Origin: Lama guanicoe
Lineage: Eukaryota
Length of the DNA stretch: 64,000 bases
Assembly (NCBI GenBank): GCA_013239625.1
Contig: MU053561.1
Coordinates: forward strand, 2,868,283-2,932,282
Direction of reading: 5' to 3'
Part shown: in pieces, positions 23,801 to 36,769 of the stretch
Numbering within the stretch: position 1 is the stretch's first letter
How the letters are laid out: every line of letters begins with the position of its first letter
Made by a program: the position numbers and the translations under genes
The notes under the pieces: generated by a model
Seen by the model: the letters and a program-made list of their open reading frames with translations, nothing else
What the model was told of the DNA's origin: nothing
Database searches by the model: none

Positions 23801-26800
23801 GCTCTCAGCACTGTTGGACCTGTTTCCCCGGAAGCTGCTCTGTCAGCTCAGCTAGAGAGGTGGGGGCGGTGCAGGGGTGGGGGAGGCTCTTCCGGGACTG
23901 CGCCTTGCTGAGTGCCCTCCCCTGACCTGGGGTTAAGGCTGGGAAGCACTGATCTGTGCTCCTCTCACTTGTCCCTGGTGTTTCTCCCCACTCCCCTGCG
24001 TCTCCTAAGTCTGCACGTCCCAGGTAGGTTGTAAACTGTGCCTGATAGAAATTGCCTTGGCCTCAGAATAGGTGGCGGCCTCTCCCTGGAGCCTGTGCAG
24101 AGGACCATCCTCCTCCCCACAAGCAGCCCTGCTCCGAGGCCTTTCTGGTTTTCCTCATCGGTTTTGTTCCGCAGTGGTTTTGTGTTTGGAGTGGTTTGGA
24201 GACGGGTGGTCTCTTGGAGATTCTGCTTCACAGGTGGACACATCTGTTAGTTTGTTAGAGGGGTGATTGCGCAGATAGATTTGTCCTCGGCTCATCCCCA
24301 AACCAGACAACCCTCAGTGACACTGTTTAGAGATGATTTGCTAAACAGTCTCTTATGGTCTTCTGATGTTTCACTCCAGAGAGGTAGCTGGCGGAACAGT
24401 TTTGCAGTCTGTGTCCTGGTATTGCATTAAAAAAAAGCAAGATCACATCGGAGCTCCAGCCCGGGTCTTTCTCCTTCCCTCCATCAGGATGGGTGATGGC
24501 TTTTAGCTGGGTGGCCCCGCACCTCTTGGCTGGGAGAAGCAGCATCCGTGGCCTCTTTCTCTCCCCCGAGTATATTCAAATCCAGTCCACCCCTCCCCCC
24601 AGCCCCCAGCAGTGGACTTCCAGAAGGGAGAAACTAGATTGAAAACTGATGTGCCTCTAGACTTGAATCTATTTTAGAAGATTCTTTGCAGATCTTATGC
24701 ATGATCTCCTTATTTTAAAGGAGAATTAGGCTGCAGATGAGGAAAAGACTGGTGACCTGAGTGGGGAGAGCGTGGAAGGAGGCCTGGAAAACTCTCCCAG
24801 CAGAACAGAGACTCTGGGGTACGTCGTCTTTGTTTTAATTAAAACGTTACACAGTACAAACATTGGCCTTCCCACTCTTACCCCACCACAGAAGAGCTGT
24901 AATTTCCCATATTTGGAATTTAAGGAGAGCCAGGCTGTGTTTGAGGACAGGGCCAGATTCAGTCTGTGCTTTGGGGGAAAGTAACTGAGGGCGGTGGGGT
25001 CTGTGATTACTGATCGTGCTTCTTGGTCATAATTTATTCAGCAGCCCCTGGTGTCCTGGAGCTGGTGCTGTGCCCGTCAGTAATCTGACTCTTGTTTTCT
25101 TCTGCATGTTTTCCCTTTTTCAAATGTAGAGGCTTGCAGCTTTAATCAAGTAGGCTTTCCCTCTGTCATCTGTAACACGGATGACTGAAGTCATGTGGAG
25201 GATTTTAAGTAACTAATCTCTTAAGACATTCACAGCGTAATCTCTGCTAGCCCCCGATCATCCTGCCTGCATCCCGGAGATGGGTGAGGTTCTGCAAAGG
25301 AGGCTGGACAAGGACTTTGGCATTCCTTGGAGAGACCGGGTGTCCTCCATGCTGGCGACAGGCTTTTGTTTGCCTTTGGCATGGGGACAGGGCCTGCTGA
25401 GCATTTGCCATGTCAGGAGAGTTCAAGACGATCTGTGAATGTGACCAGTGTTTTACTAAATCTCTGTGCTGGTACGGCGAACAGTGACAGGCCGAGTACG
25501 CGTGAAGATGCTGGCGAGCTCACTGACGACTGTGCAGTGTGTCCAGGGCTGGCTCTCACGGAGATGCTGCAGAATAGATAAGAGGCTTGCTGGATAGTGG
25601 TGTTCACAGACATTTTTCACTAAATTCTGTCAAAAGATCAGGGGCGCTGGATCTAAAGTTTTCATGTACTTTGCTTGTAATTTGAATGTGGCTTGGTAAA
25701 TGTGTCGTTTATTGGATTGGACTGGATTCCTGCTGCTCTTCAAATGGTCATTTCTTTATTATTTTTTTTTCCACCCACTTTCTGATGTTGGCACTAGCTC
25801 TTGCTACCAGATGTGTCCTGCAAAAGAATTTGGTGACTGTTACTCTAAGTGCAGCCTTTCTGTACTTTCTCTTAATAGGACAGTGAAATCGCTGACAGTG
25901 TAGACTAATGAGGATTAGTTTGAATTAGTAAAATGTCTGAGTTACAAAATATTTCTCAAGAACTTCGCTGTTAGTACTTTTAAGTAAATACTATAACTCA
26001 AACTGGGCTAATAGAAGGCCTAATAAAGGTCCTTGGGGGATCCTGCTTTAGGAGAGAAATAAGAATGATTTGCAATTAGCGTACCAATTGTTTATGAAAA
26101 TGGCGTTTCTGAAATAGTAGATTGTGCTGGAGAACAGTTCGTTCTCTTAAGTATTTTAAATAGTCCCTGTGAAACCCCATGCCTGTATGCTGCTGATAGT
26201 TTATATGTGGTATAAAGACCTGTTTTGTGAGGAGCTAATTCAGCCTTACAGCAATATGAGAAATTCCGAGTTAGTGAGGTCCCTGATTGGTACCTCCCAA
26301 GATTGGTTAGATCACTTTGCCAATTGCTTCTACAAACCTGCACTTGTCTACTGTGACGTGAATTAGTAAGTTTAACAGGTATGTGTGTATTATGTGGGGG
26401 AGACACAGCCGTCATCCTGGTGTGGTTTACGGGCTAGCAAAGAATTCAAGCAGCAAACAAATAAATATACATACAGTCAATGATAGTGGCGAAGCTAGAC
26501 TGTGTATTACTCTTTTTCCTTTTTTTTAAAACTGAGATTACTTTTTAATTAATGGTTTAATGCACTAGACTGTACGTTCCACCAGGACAGGGATTATGGC
26601 TGTGTAGTTGGCCAGGTCCCAAGCCCATCCTTGGCCTGTTGCCTGGCGCAGGTGAATGTTAAGTTGAACTGCGTAACGTTGCCGTGTTTGTAGGTCAAAA
26701 AAGGTTCGGATGTCAGCGATATCATGTGGTTCAGCCTAATAGTCACTCAGTCAGATACGTCTTGAGTGTTGAATGCGTGTCGTCATCAGTGAGTTCTTAG

Positions 26801-28218
26801 AGTGGTTGCATTCAACCCCGTTTTCTTGAGCCAGCAAAATGCCGGCTACGATATTTGAAAAGGAACCCCAAAAGCTAAAAGCTCGTGGCCCCATGATGGG
26901 GACGTAGGGCGTCTGTGGGACTTCAGGGCCTTCTGTTCAGTTTTTTCTATACAGTTCTTGGTTCATTTCCCAGCCGAGGGTGAAGGCCTGTGCCTTTGGG
27001 GTCTGGAGTGCTGTTCGTAGGCTGGAGAATCTGGGAGTGTGATGGAAAGCTGAGCAGAGGGGAGAAGTTAGGAGCAGGGTGGCCCGTGGAGGGAAGAGGG
27101 CAGAGAGACCTATGAGGCAGCTGAAGGAGCTGCCTCTGCTCCTGAGGGAAGGGAGCTCTTGCTTCCACAGCCCAGCCCTCCTGTGCTCCGAGCTCACTGT
27201 TAACAGATCTGTGAGGCCCATGATGCGCTCAGTGACCGGCTGGGTGCTGGCAGGCCTCACTGGGAGCCTCCTTTATGCCTGACAGGCTCGGGCTCGGGGC
27301 TGGATGTAGACCCCTGGCCCATTGGAGGCTAGGGTTGAAATGAGGAGAAGGCCCAGCTGGAAGAGGCCCAGCCCTCTGGCCCGGGGCCTGCTCTCTGTGG
27401 AACTGGGAGTCAGGCCCAGCCTAGGGTTTGGATCAGAAATTCCCTACCTCCTCTGCGAAGTACTTCTTTTGCATCTGTTTGGATTTCATGGCCCCCTTTC
27501 CAGTTTCTATGCACAAATGTCCAATTGTACCGCTCTATTACAATGCTCACTGTTTTCTCACGCCTACAGGATAATTCCTAGTTCTGCTCAATTCCACCGT
27601 TATTTGTTGAGCATCTGCCTGTGCCAGCACAGGATGGGGGTGGCAAGGGAAGGAAAACACAAAGATGCATGAAGCCGGGCCCTTTCTGTGACAGACACTA
27701 TTGGTTACCTGCGTGAAGCCACTTTTTCCCCCCTTCTTGCTGGCAGAACCCTGGTTTGTTTTGAATGCCACACCTCCCCAGCACTACTTAAGGAAAAATG
27801 ACCCTGCTTCTAGCTCCAGGGTAAAAGCTGGTTGATCTAAGCCAGTCACGGAGGTCTACAGTCTAGGTATGGGCGTGTGACACCTTTTTGACCAATAAGA
27901 TAGGAGAATTCTGCTGGGCATGGGGGAGGAGGAGTGATTCCGGGAAAGATAACTTCTGTCTTAGAAACACAGAAGAAGGGACAACTCCTTCCATTAGATT
28001 CTTGGAAATGAGGCAGCTACTTTGTCATCATGAGGAAAACAAATCTGTTGAGGCCATCAGAGGGGAAAAGACGGGAAGGATCAGGGTCCTTGATGATAGA
28101 ACCACTGAAGACTGAGCAGACCAGCCTCGCGTTTTCTGTCCTCACTGTTTCAGCCAGTGGAATTTTAAGCCTGTGGGGTAGGGGGTCCCTGGAGAAAGAG
28201 AACCAAGCATGGCTTTCT

Positions 28219-28681
28219 TGACATAAGAGAAGCCATTTTGGGATCCAAGCCTGGCCACATGCTTATCCTTAGTAATTAATGATCTTAAGGGGACAAAAGA
28301 ATGCAGGAACAAAGGACTGTTATCAGGCAAGAGAAATAACAATGGAAAAGATAATATATCAGTTGTAAAGACTCCCCGTTCAGTTTGAATGGTAGAGATT
28401 AGCCTGAAGTGCTCAACCACCAGATTAACTGGAACCTAAGGGATGATGATGTTGACTTCAGCTAAAGCTTGGACTGTGTGGACCGCCTAAGCCCCTTCTT
28501 GAATATGCATGTACCCTTAGCTTAAAACTGCCCTATTTTGCTGGTCGAAGAGACATTGCTTATGGAGAGGTCCCCAGGGTTCTCCTTATTTGCTGCAAGA
28601 AATCCTTCCTCCTCTTGATCTTTGGCTTGCGTCTTTTGGCTCACTACCCATCAAGAGGCGAACCCAGTTTTTCGGGTAACA
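28219..28681 (+). mobile_element. Probable ERV1-type solo LTR of a different family, inserted in an older LTR16/ERVL-like element (~27690-28720)
   Basis: TGACATAAG...TTCGGGTAACA; U5-like end resembling copy A; no clean TSD, so the start is uncertain. Confidence 0.55.
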
Positions 28682-30794
28682 ATTAGTATTTCCTACTTCA
28701 TATAGCTGAAAGCAGCCTATGTTAGACGCTCCCTCAAAGGAGCAAGAAATAGAGGTTATTCTTATAAACCAGTATAGTGTGGATTATCATGAAACGGCAC
28801 GTGATTCAGTGGCAGTGCTTCACCCTGTGGTGCCCCAGCAAGGAGAGAGGCTCAATACGTTGGCGGGAGACCTTTGAGTGAGGAGATTGTATTTGGAATG
28901 GGTCCTGAGGTAGGATTAGGATTTGCGTCGGAAGAGTGAGGAGCGGGTGGCGTGAACAGACCAGTGGGGATGGGAGTGGACGTGGCCCTGGCAGAGAACA
29001 CTGAGGTTATGTCCTGACTAATTCCACAGGCAGATTCCAGGCACCACAAATTGCAGGCTTAGAAGGTGACCCTTGATTTCTGCAGTGGGGAAGGTTGTGG
29101 GTGCTTGAGCAGGGAAGAATCTAAGAAAATGGACCTTTGGACCTTGGGAGGGAGGGTGAGGCAGCCGTGGACCAGATTGACTGGAAGGGAAGAAAATAAA
29201 AGCTGGGTGACCAATTTGAGCTCCTGGAATAATACAGTTGGTGATGAGATTTGAAATGAAAGCGGTAGGAAATAGGGGAAGATATCAAGGGAAAATTGTA
29301 AGGGAAAAATAACTGTTTAAAAAAGGGCTGGTTGAATCTTGCATCTAGAAGATGATTGCAGGAGTTTGAGCGTGATGATGGGAAATGACATGGAATTTGG
29401 AAGAGGGGACCGATTTTAGGAAGATGTTATCTGATTTTTGCCACTGGGATTTTGAGATAATGATGGAAGCTGTAAGTAGTGAGTCCTTGAATTCATTTGA
29501 ACGTATGGGCTGGACTTTGGGAAAGAGAGGTCAGGACTTAAGATGATGTGGAAGAGACAACAGCTCACCAGATATAAACATGCTTTTCCAAATTGTTGCA
29601 GTTTTTTGGGGGCTGTGTGACAAACGTTAGCCGAGACAGTGGGTGAGGAAGTGACAGGTGTCATCTCCTGGTCAAGGCAGCTAAGAGCCGTGTTTTCCTT
29701 CCTTTCCTCCCCCCATGCCGTGGCATCCTTGGGGCCAGGGGTGTGGCTGCAAGGGGAGGAGGGCCATCCTTCCAGCACTGGACTCGATTGCTCCACCTTT
29801 AACCTGGAAGCCAGGTCTGGAGCTCTAACCAGGTGGCACTGCAAACTGCTATTGGTGTGATCCGGGTGCTATGTGGTTTTCCAGTTTACACTTTTCCGCC
29901 AGCTTTTGACTTGATTTGCTCGGAGGTCTGTGCTGAATGGGCTAGAGCTTGCTGTCCGACTTCTATTCTGTCTCAGCTCTTGGTGTTTTTGGAGGCTGGG
30001 TTTACCTCTGGCCTCCCACCCCCAGCCCCACCCCAAAGGCTCTTTAGCTGTCCAGGGAAGGGGATCCCTGTTTGTGAACCACGCCAGGGAGACAGCTGCT
30101 CTCCCCACCAGTCCCCGGAACGTCAGGTGGCTTGCAGAGGGCAGTGTTTTGGTGGCTGGTATCCACTGGTGACCAGCTTAGCAGCTGAATCGCCCAGCTC
30201 AAGGTGCAGCTTCAGTAATAAATTCCAGACCTCCAGAGTAGACTGAGAATGAGGTAGGAAGCCCATCTTTTTCATCTTTCCTAATCTCAAAAGATTTAAC
30301 ACGTGCCTTTTCTTAAAGGATCGGGAGTGTGGCGTTCGGCCCTTGGCGCGCGCCCCTTTGTTCAGCACTGTGTTCCCGCTGCCTGCCTGGCTCACGTTAT
30401 TTTCCTAAGGGCAGAGGCCCCGATGCCGCGCGGGGAGGCATCTGGCATCTGGTTTTCGTCAGGCAGCAAGTAGAAGTGCAGTGCTGAATCTGATCTTGCT
30501 TTAAACAAAGCCGAGTTAGACACAAGGGCAGGGCCTTTGTGCGGCACCGCTCCTGCTCCGACGTGCTCGCTGCTGTGTCCTGTTCCTCCTCTGAGAACTT
30601 TGACTCCACAGACACTCAGAAGAAACGCTTCCAGACCCGGTGACGGCCAGCAGGGCCCACTCAGGCTTGTCTTAATCATTTGAGAAATTTAAAGGCAGGG
30701 AGGAACTGTTTCTCTGTCTAATGGGGAGTTGGTGTTTTTCTTTTTTCTTTACTTTCCACAAAGTGGAGGTGCCATCAATATTTGTCTATGCTGT

Positions 30795-31338
30795 TGAAAT
30801 GGAGCCAGGACCCTGTGGGGCCCTCCGGGATACAAATCCTTTCCCTGTCTCCTGTTTCTTGTTTGTAGGAAGCAGGCTTCTTTCAGCCTCCTTGACTCTC
30901 CTTGAATTCCAAGGGCAGATTCAAACAGTTGCTAATCAGATGGAGAAACAAAGGAGGAACAGTCAAGAAACAATATAGTGCAGCCTTGGGGCAGGGTCCT
31001 GGTACGTCCACAGCACATCCTCAGGGAATATACTAAACAACATCTTTGAGTTCTGCAGAAACTGAGGCCCCAAACTGGGTGGAGGATGATAACTTGGAGC
31101 TGGACACAAGATTCCTGGAGCACCGCTGTTAACTCCCCACCGGCTGATCAGAAGTCACACACCCTGCAGCCCTCACCCCAGACTTTGCCTATAAAAGCCT
31201 CTCCCTGAAAACTGTCAAGGTTTCAAGCCACTTGTTCTCTTTGCCTGGCCCTGCAGTAGACCTTTCTCTGCTCCAGACTCCAATGTTTCGGTTTGTTTGG
31301 CCTCTCTGTCCGGGCACACGAACTTCTGTTCGGTAACA
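30795..31338 (+). mobile_element. ERV1-type solo LTR (copy A)
   Basis: TG...CA termini (TGAAATGG...GGTAACA); 4-bp TSD CTGT/CCGT; TATAAAA at 31190-31196; homologous to 36770-37323 and 57907-58568 (shared CAGGACCCTGTGGGGCC). Confidence 0.85.
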
Positions 31339-33619
31339 CCGTCCTGTTCATGGCTTCATTTTACTCACTCCTCTTCCTGCTTCCTCTGATAAGCCTAGAA
31401 GCCAACTCTAGTCCCAGGAGGAGGATGACACTGGAGCTACCTGTCAGCCTGGCCTTGCCTCTGTCTATCTGGCCGTCCAGTTGTCTATCCATCTGTCCAC
31501 CCGGCCACCGTTCAGTAAGCATTTGTTATTGAACCAGCAGTGTGATTCGGAGCAAGTTACTTAACTGTTCTAAGTGTCCACTTCCTTATCTGAAAATAAT
31601 AGGAGCTAATCCTGCGGGTTCTTGCGAGAATTAAATGGAACCATTGGATGAGATCCTTAGCATTGTGCCTGGTGGCATTTGAAATGCCCAGTAGTGGTAG
31701 TGGTCATTATTGTTTTCAAGGGCCATGGTGCCACCCTGGTCAGCTCACGGCTGTGTGTTCACACATATGGTCATTTGGAGGTTGGATTTAGACCACAGTA
31801 CACATTGCTGAGCCATAAAGTCACAACCTTTGGACCATATCATCACCTCCCTCAGAATAGTTTGCTGTTCTTGTTTCAGTCTTGAGCAGGCCCTTGTAGC
31901 TGGGCTCCAGAAATCTCGGAAGCTTTGATGGAACACACTGGGTGCTCCACAGCCTTGGTGTCCTCTCGTCTTGAGAGCATCCTTGTTCAGAGCATCAGCA
32001 GCCCTGAGGCTTCCTCCCCGCATCAGGCACTGCTGCCTAGGTCTCCCCTGTGCTGCAGCATCACCATTTTTGCCACCTGCCGCATCTCTGCCTCTAATGT
32101 CCCCTAGCCTGTAGATCACTGTTGCCTCTCGTCTTCACCATCCACTCCAGCGCCTCTGTCTGTCAGGACTGCCATCCCCTTGCCTGTCCTTTCAGATTTC
32201 CTTCGTTTTTGCGTTCTCTCCCAGTGCTTTAGGGAGCAGTGTTGACATCCTCTATGTACCGTACTGGCTTTCACCCTAGAGAACCTGCACTGGCCATCTG
32301 ACTGTAAGGGAAAGAGATGGAATGAGGGGTCCTGGGCAGAGGGAGTGATTTATCGCTGGATGGCAGGTGGGGTGGGTGTGGGGGTAGTGTCCTTACCTGA
32401 GTTGGTATCACCTGAAACACAGGCATCTAACAGGCACTAGACACTACCAGCCTTTCCTGCTGGTGGCTGTAGCCCGTGACCTGAGGGGCCCGCAGCTTTG
32501 TGCCCAGCTTCCTTTGCTGTCCCAGCTTAGCTGCCTGCCCTCTCTGCATTTCACCCCTGACAGCTCACTTGATTCTGGCCCTGGCAATCTCAGTTTCCTG
32601 TGCATGCTCTTCAGCGGCCACTTTCTGCCTCATTCCAGCTCTCTCCAGTGAATTGGAGAAATTCTTGCCTTTGCTATTTATAAGCCAAAAACTAACCCTG
32701 TCTTGGCTGGAAAGTGTATTGTGCTAAAAGGAACTTTCAGAGTAAAATTAGACATGATAATGAACTTGCACCATGAATTTCCAGGCCTTTTAAAGTTCCT
32801 AGAAGTCCTTTGGATCCAGTCTCTTTTTGACCCCACCCCCTAGGAGTCCCCTGTTTCCTGCTAAAGATAATGACAGTGGCATTTAAGCAGAAGCCAGGCA
32901 AAGAAATGCTCAGTCCTGGCGCCTGTGGGAAGGGATAAGGGAACTGCTGGGGCTTGTGTGCTGTGTCCCAAAGCCCAAGGGTTGAAAGGGGTGGGACCCA
33001 ACCGCAGTGTGTCAAAAGGAGACTTTGTCCTGCTGCAGCTCTGCTCTGTGTTTAAGCTGATGACTGCATGTGGAGGTGATGCAGTTATGGGAAAGCACTT
33101 CTGTGACCCCTCGTTAAGACAGAGGAAATGAGAGGCCTGGAGGCCACAGCCAGGCTGGCCTGGAGCAACACGGTCAAACCCTCACGGTCAAACCATCTGC
33201 CCCTGCACTGTCCCCAGTCTCAGCCTCTCCCTCAGCGGCCACATGCACCAGCTCCTTCCCCTCCTCCACCTGATCCATGCTGCGGCCTTTGTCCCTGACT
33301 CAGCCCAGTGTTGCATTTCCTTGCTGGGTCCTCTGGCTCACCCCTGACCTGGGCGGGCTGCAGGTTGATAGATCAGTGGAGTTGCTTACTTACACTGGGG
33401 TGGAAGCAGAGGTTGACATTTATGGAACCCTCACTTCATCCCAGGCTCTATGCATGCACTTACATTCTCTGACTCCATCCTTAGTGTTTCCAGCTGGGGG
33501 AATGTGATGCGGGGAATGGTGCTGTGGAGGCTCAGCAAGGTTATGTGATTTCTCCAGGCCAAGCCAGCACAGGCCACTTCTTTAAGCTCTAGTTAAGGAG
33601 GAGGAACCTAGTGTTGTTT

Positions 33620-34200
33620 TAATTTGCTTTATTGTGTAATTTACATACAGTAAATTCACTAGTTTTAAGCGGATAGTTCTTTGAGTCTGGACAGGTGTAA
33701 ACCACCATCACAATCAAAGATGGAATACTCCTGTCACCCCCCAAAAGCTCCCTCTCCACGCCTCCAGGCCCGGCGACCACTGATTTCTGTTATTACAGGT
33801 TTGCCCTGTGCACAGTGCGGTCCACGTGGAATCCTACAGTACGAAGCCTTCTGATTCTGTCTTCTCTCACTCAGCAAAATGCTTCTGAGAGTCAGTCGTG
33901 TGGCTGTGTGTGTGTCTAGTTTTCCCCTTTTTACTGCTGGGTAGTATTCCGTTGTGTGGCTGGATCACCACTTGTTTCTCCACTCCCCAGCTAATGGACA
34001 TTGGGTTTGTTTCTAGTTTGGGGCTATTTATGAATGAAGCTGCTCTTCTGTAAGTCTCTGTGTGGACACAGGTTTTCATTTCTCTTGGGTAAACACCAGG
34101 AGTGGGATTGCTGGGCCATATGGTGAGTGTATGTTTCACTTCACAAGAAACTGCCAGATTGTTTCCCAAAGTGACATACATCCCACTTTACCACCAGCGG
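33620..34200 (-). mobile_element. Old L1 (L1MB/ME-like) 3' fragment
   Basis: TAACCACCATCACAATCAA-like motif; TTTCATTTCTCTTGGGTAAACACCAGGAGTGGGATTGCTGGGCCATATGGT; ORF 33867..34181(-) resembles the ORF2 tail. Confidence 0.75.
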
Positions 34201-36323
34201 AGTACGGAGGGGACCTGGTGCATTCGACTCCTAATCCCAGGCCTTTCCAGTCACACCGTGGTGTCACTTGCTGCTGAGGTGTTAGTGGCTGATAGTCCCG
34301 TTAATGTGCCCCGAGCCTGCCCGTTTAACAGCGCGTGTCTGGAGAGCTTTCAGGGTTTGGAGCCAGCGGATGCTGGAGAGGTTTTCTCCAGGTGCCCACC
34401 AGCCAGTCAGGGCGCCCTCTCCTCCGATGGCCACGTGCCCCGTGAACATCCTCCTTTGCCGGATTTCCCCTCAGCCATCGCCTCGGTTCACAGTGCACGG
34501 TCACCCACGGAATCCCACTGCTGCGCGGGGCCCCTGGCCATGTGGACACTGGAACACTCCACACCTGTGCTGCTGACTTCCCCCGCCGCCGCGGCCTGAA
34601 GAGGATGGCTCTGGGCCAGAGCTAGTGTTGGACGCACCCCCTCCCCAGTGAAGCAGGGGACACAGGGAGCTGTGGGCAGGCTTGGTGCCCCCAGGTGGCT
34701 GAAGGGCAGCTGCTGTTTGACCGGCACCTCAGGGATTCTCAGGATGCGCCTGAGCAGATGCCCAACGACAGTAGTCTTCCGGATTGTCTTCTGTTCTCTG
34801 CTGAGCTTTTGACAGAGCCCGTAATGCCAGAGGTGTGTGCATTTGCCCCGGTGCAGCCTCTAGGGGAAATGGAGAGGAGGAATTTGAGGACACGTGGTTG
34901 GGTGTACTTTTTCTTTATTTGTGGCAGCATTTCCTGAGTGGTGTTCCTTGGTAGGGATCCAGATGGAAGGAAGCACTGTCATCCTTTCTAAGGGAGTGAT
35001 GTCTGGAGTGAGAGCATGGAGCAGTTTGTCCAGCAGCACACGGGCCATGGAGCGGCCTTGCCAAACTGGGGCTGTGGGTTTGGGGAGGGCAGAGCCTGTT
35101 GCTGAACCTGTCAGCTGGGCTGGAAAGAGCCCTGCCCTTGAGGTGGGAAGCTCTGGCTCCTGCCCTTTCCCTGACTCCTCCTGACTTGGTGACCTTGGGT
35201 GAATCACTGACCTCCTGGCCCTTAGCTTCCTCACTGCCGAGTGGGAACAATGCTCCCGTTGCTCAGGGATTTGGATGCCAGCCGCCCTGCCCATAGGGAA
35301 GCCTCCTGAGTGCATGAAGGCCCCTCTTAGACACACAGCAACTGTGACTTGGCCTCTCTCTGTCCGACACCCCCAGGAGGACCAGGCATGGATGGGCGCC
35401 ACTGGGACAGACTAGGCCCAGGCTATGTCTGCCAAGAATGGTCAGCCGAGCACATGGCCTGGAAACTTCCCTCTCACTCCCTCAGACTGGCAGAATAGAT
35501 GCACAAAAGAAGGCAGAGCTGCAGCCTGGAGTCGAGAACACAAAGGACTGCTGGGGAGTGAGTCAAGGCCCCTGAGGGTTGAGCAATGAGTGTCTGTCCA
35601 AGTGGGATGTCTCAGCAACCCAGGAGTGTGAATAGAAACATTGCTGGGATTCCAGCATGAGGAGGATGAGTCTTGAGAAGAGGGAGCCGCTGTGGGAGGG
35701 GCAAGAGCGCTGATCTGGGAATCTGGAGACCTGGCTTCGCCCCTTTGTCAGAAACTGGTCGTGTGACCTTGGACAAGCTGACCTCAGCTTCCTGTTCTGT
35801 AAACTAGGCGGTGGGACGGGATGATGGACCCTAGAGCCCATTGCACTTGGGGAACGAGGCACTGCAGAGTCGCAGGTGCCTATCACTGTTCACACTGTGC
35901 CTTCCGGACCGAGATGGGCAGGCATGCAGTCTGCAGCCTTTGTTACCAGCTAGTAAATCCCTGTGGTTAATGAATAATAGCTTCAGGAGCGGAGGTGGGG
36001 GCGTGGGGACTGTGAGTGAAGACGTGTGGGACACACAGGTTCCACCAAGGTGAGATGATTTCAGGCAATGACAGGCGGAGGAACTTGAAACTGACTTCGC
36101 TAAGCAGTTTTTGCCGCAGGCTCGCTGGCAGGTGGCCCTGGTGGCCCCCTGCTGACGCCTGCCACCCCGAGCTCCCACGGGCCTGCTGGAGCTATGACTG
36201 ATGGCTGCAGCGGCGCCTCTGCCCCAGAGCCCGCCACCCTGCGCCTGCCGCTGCCACGCCCTGTGGTTCAGGACACTTCACTGACAGCCCGACTCCCAGT
36301 TCTAAACCACTGGCTATGATTCC

Positions 36324-36408
36324 TTTTTAAAATTTTTTTTAGTGGGGATTGAACCCAGGACCTCACGCATGCTAAGCATACTCTCTACCACTGAGCTGCC
36401 CTCCCCCC
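36324..36408 (-). mobile_element. tRNA-Ala-derived SINE, short form
   Basis: + strand reads T-run, GGGGATTGAACCCAGGACCTCACGCATGCTAAGCATACTCTCTACCACTGAGCT; degenerate TSD GGCTATGATTC / GGCTCCGATTC. Confidence 0.85.
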
Positions 36409-36769
36409 GGCTCCGATTCTTGTTGAGGCTTTTCCTTTCCCACACTTTCTTACCCAGTTGAGCTCCTCTGCTTCTTCCTACCAGTGTGATGTGGGTTTTT
36501 AGCTCTCTCTCAGATCCCATTTTGCTCTGTCCAGAATCCACTCTTGTGTTTCTTTAGGGTTCATCTTTTACATCCCTGGTATTCCGACCGACTCCATTGC
36601 CTGGACCCCTGCCCCTTAAGCAAGGGGACTCAGTTTCTCCCTGTTTAACCTGCTTGGAGACATCTAGACTTCTTGTATGATTACATATTACATGATCACA
36701 GTTTCACTCAAAAGTATGCAGTATGTCCTCTCATCCTTACTGAAGGCATCCCAGACTTAAACGCCTAAG

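Noticed and set aside
33169..33194. Direct repeat CACGGTCAAACC x2 (also TCCTGTGCA repeats at ~41281 and (GA)n at ~6412 and ~6567)
   Set aside because: Small slippage duplications and simple repeats; no array or CRISPR-like spacer structure.
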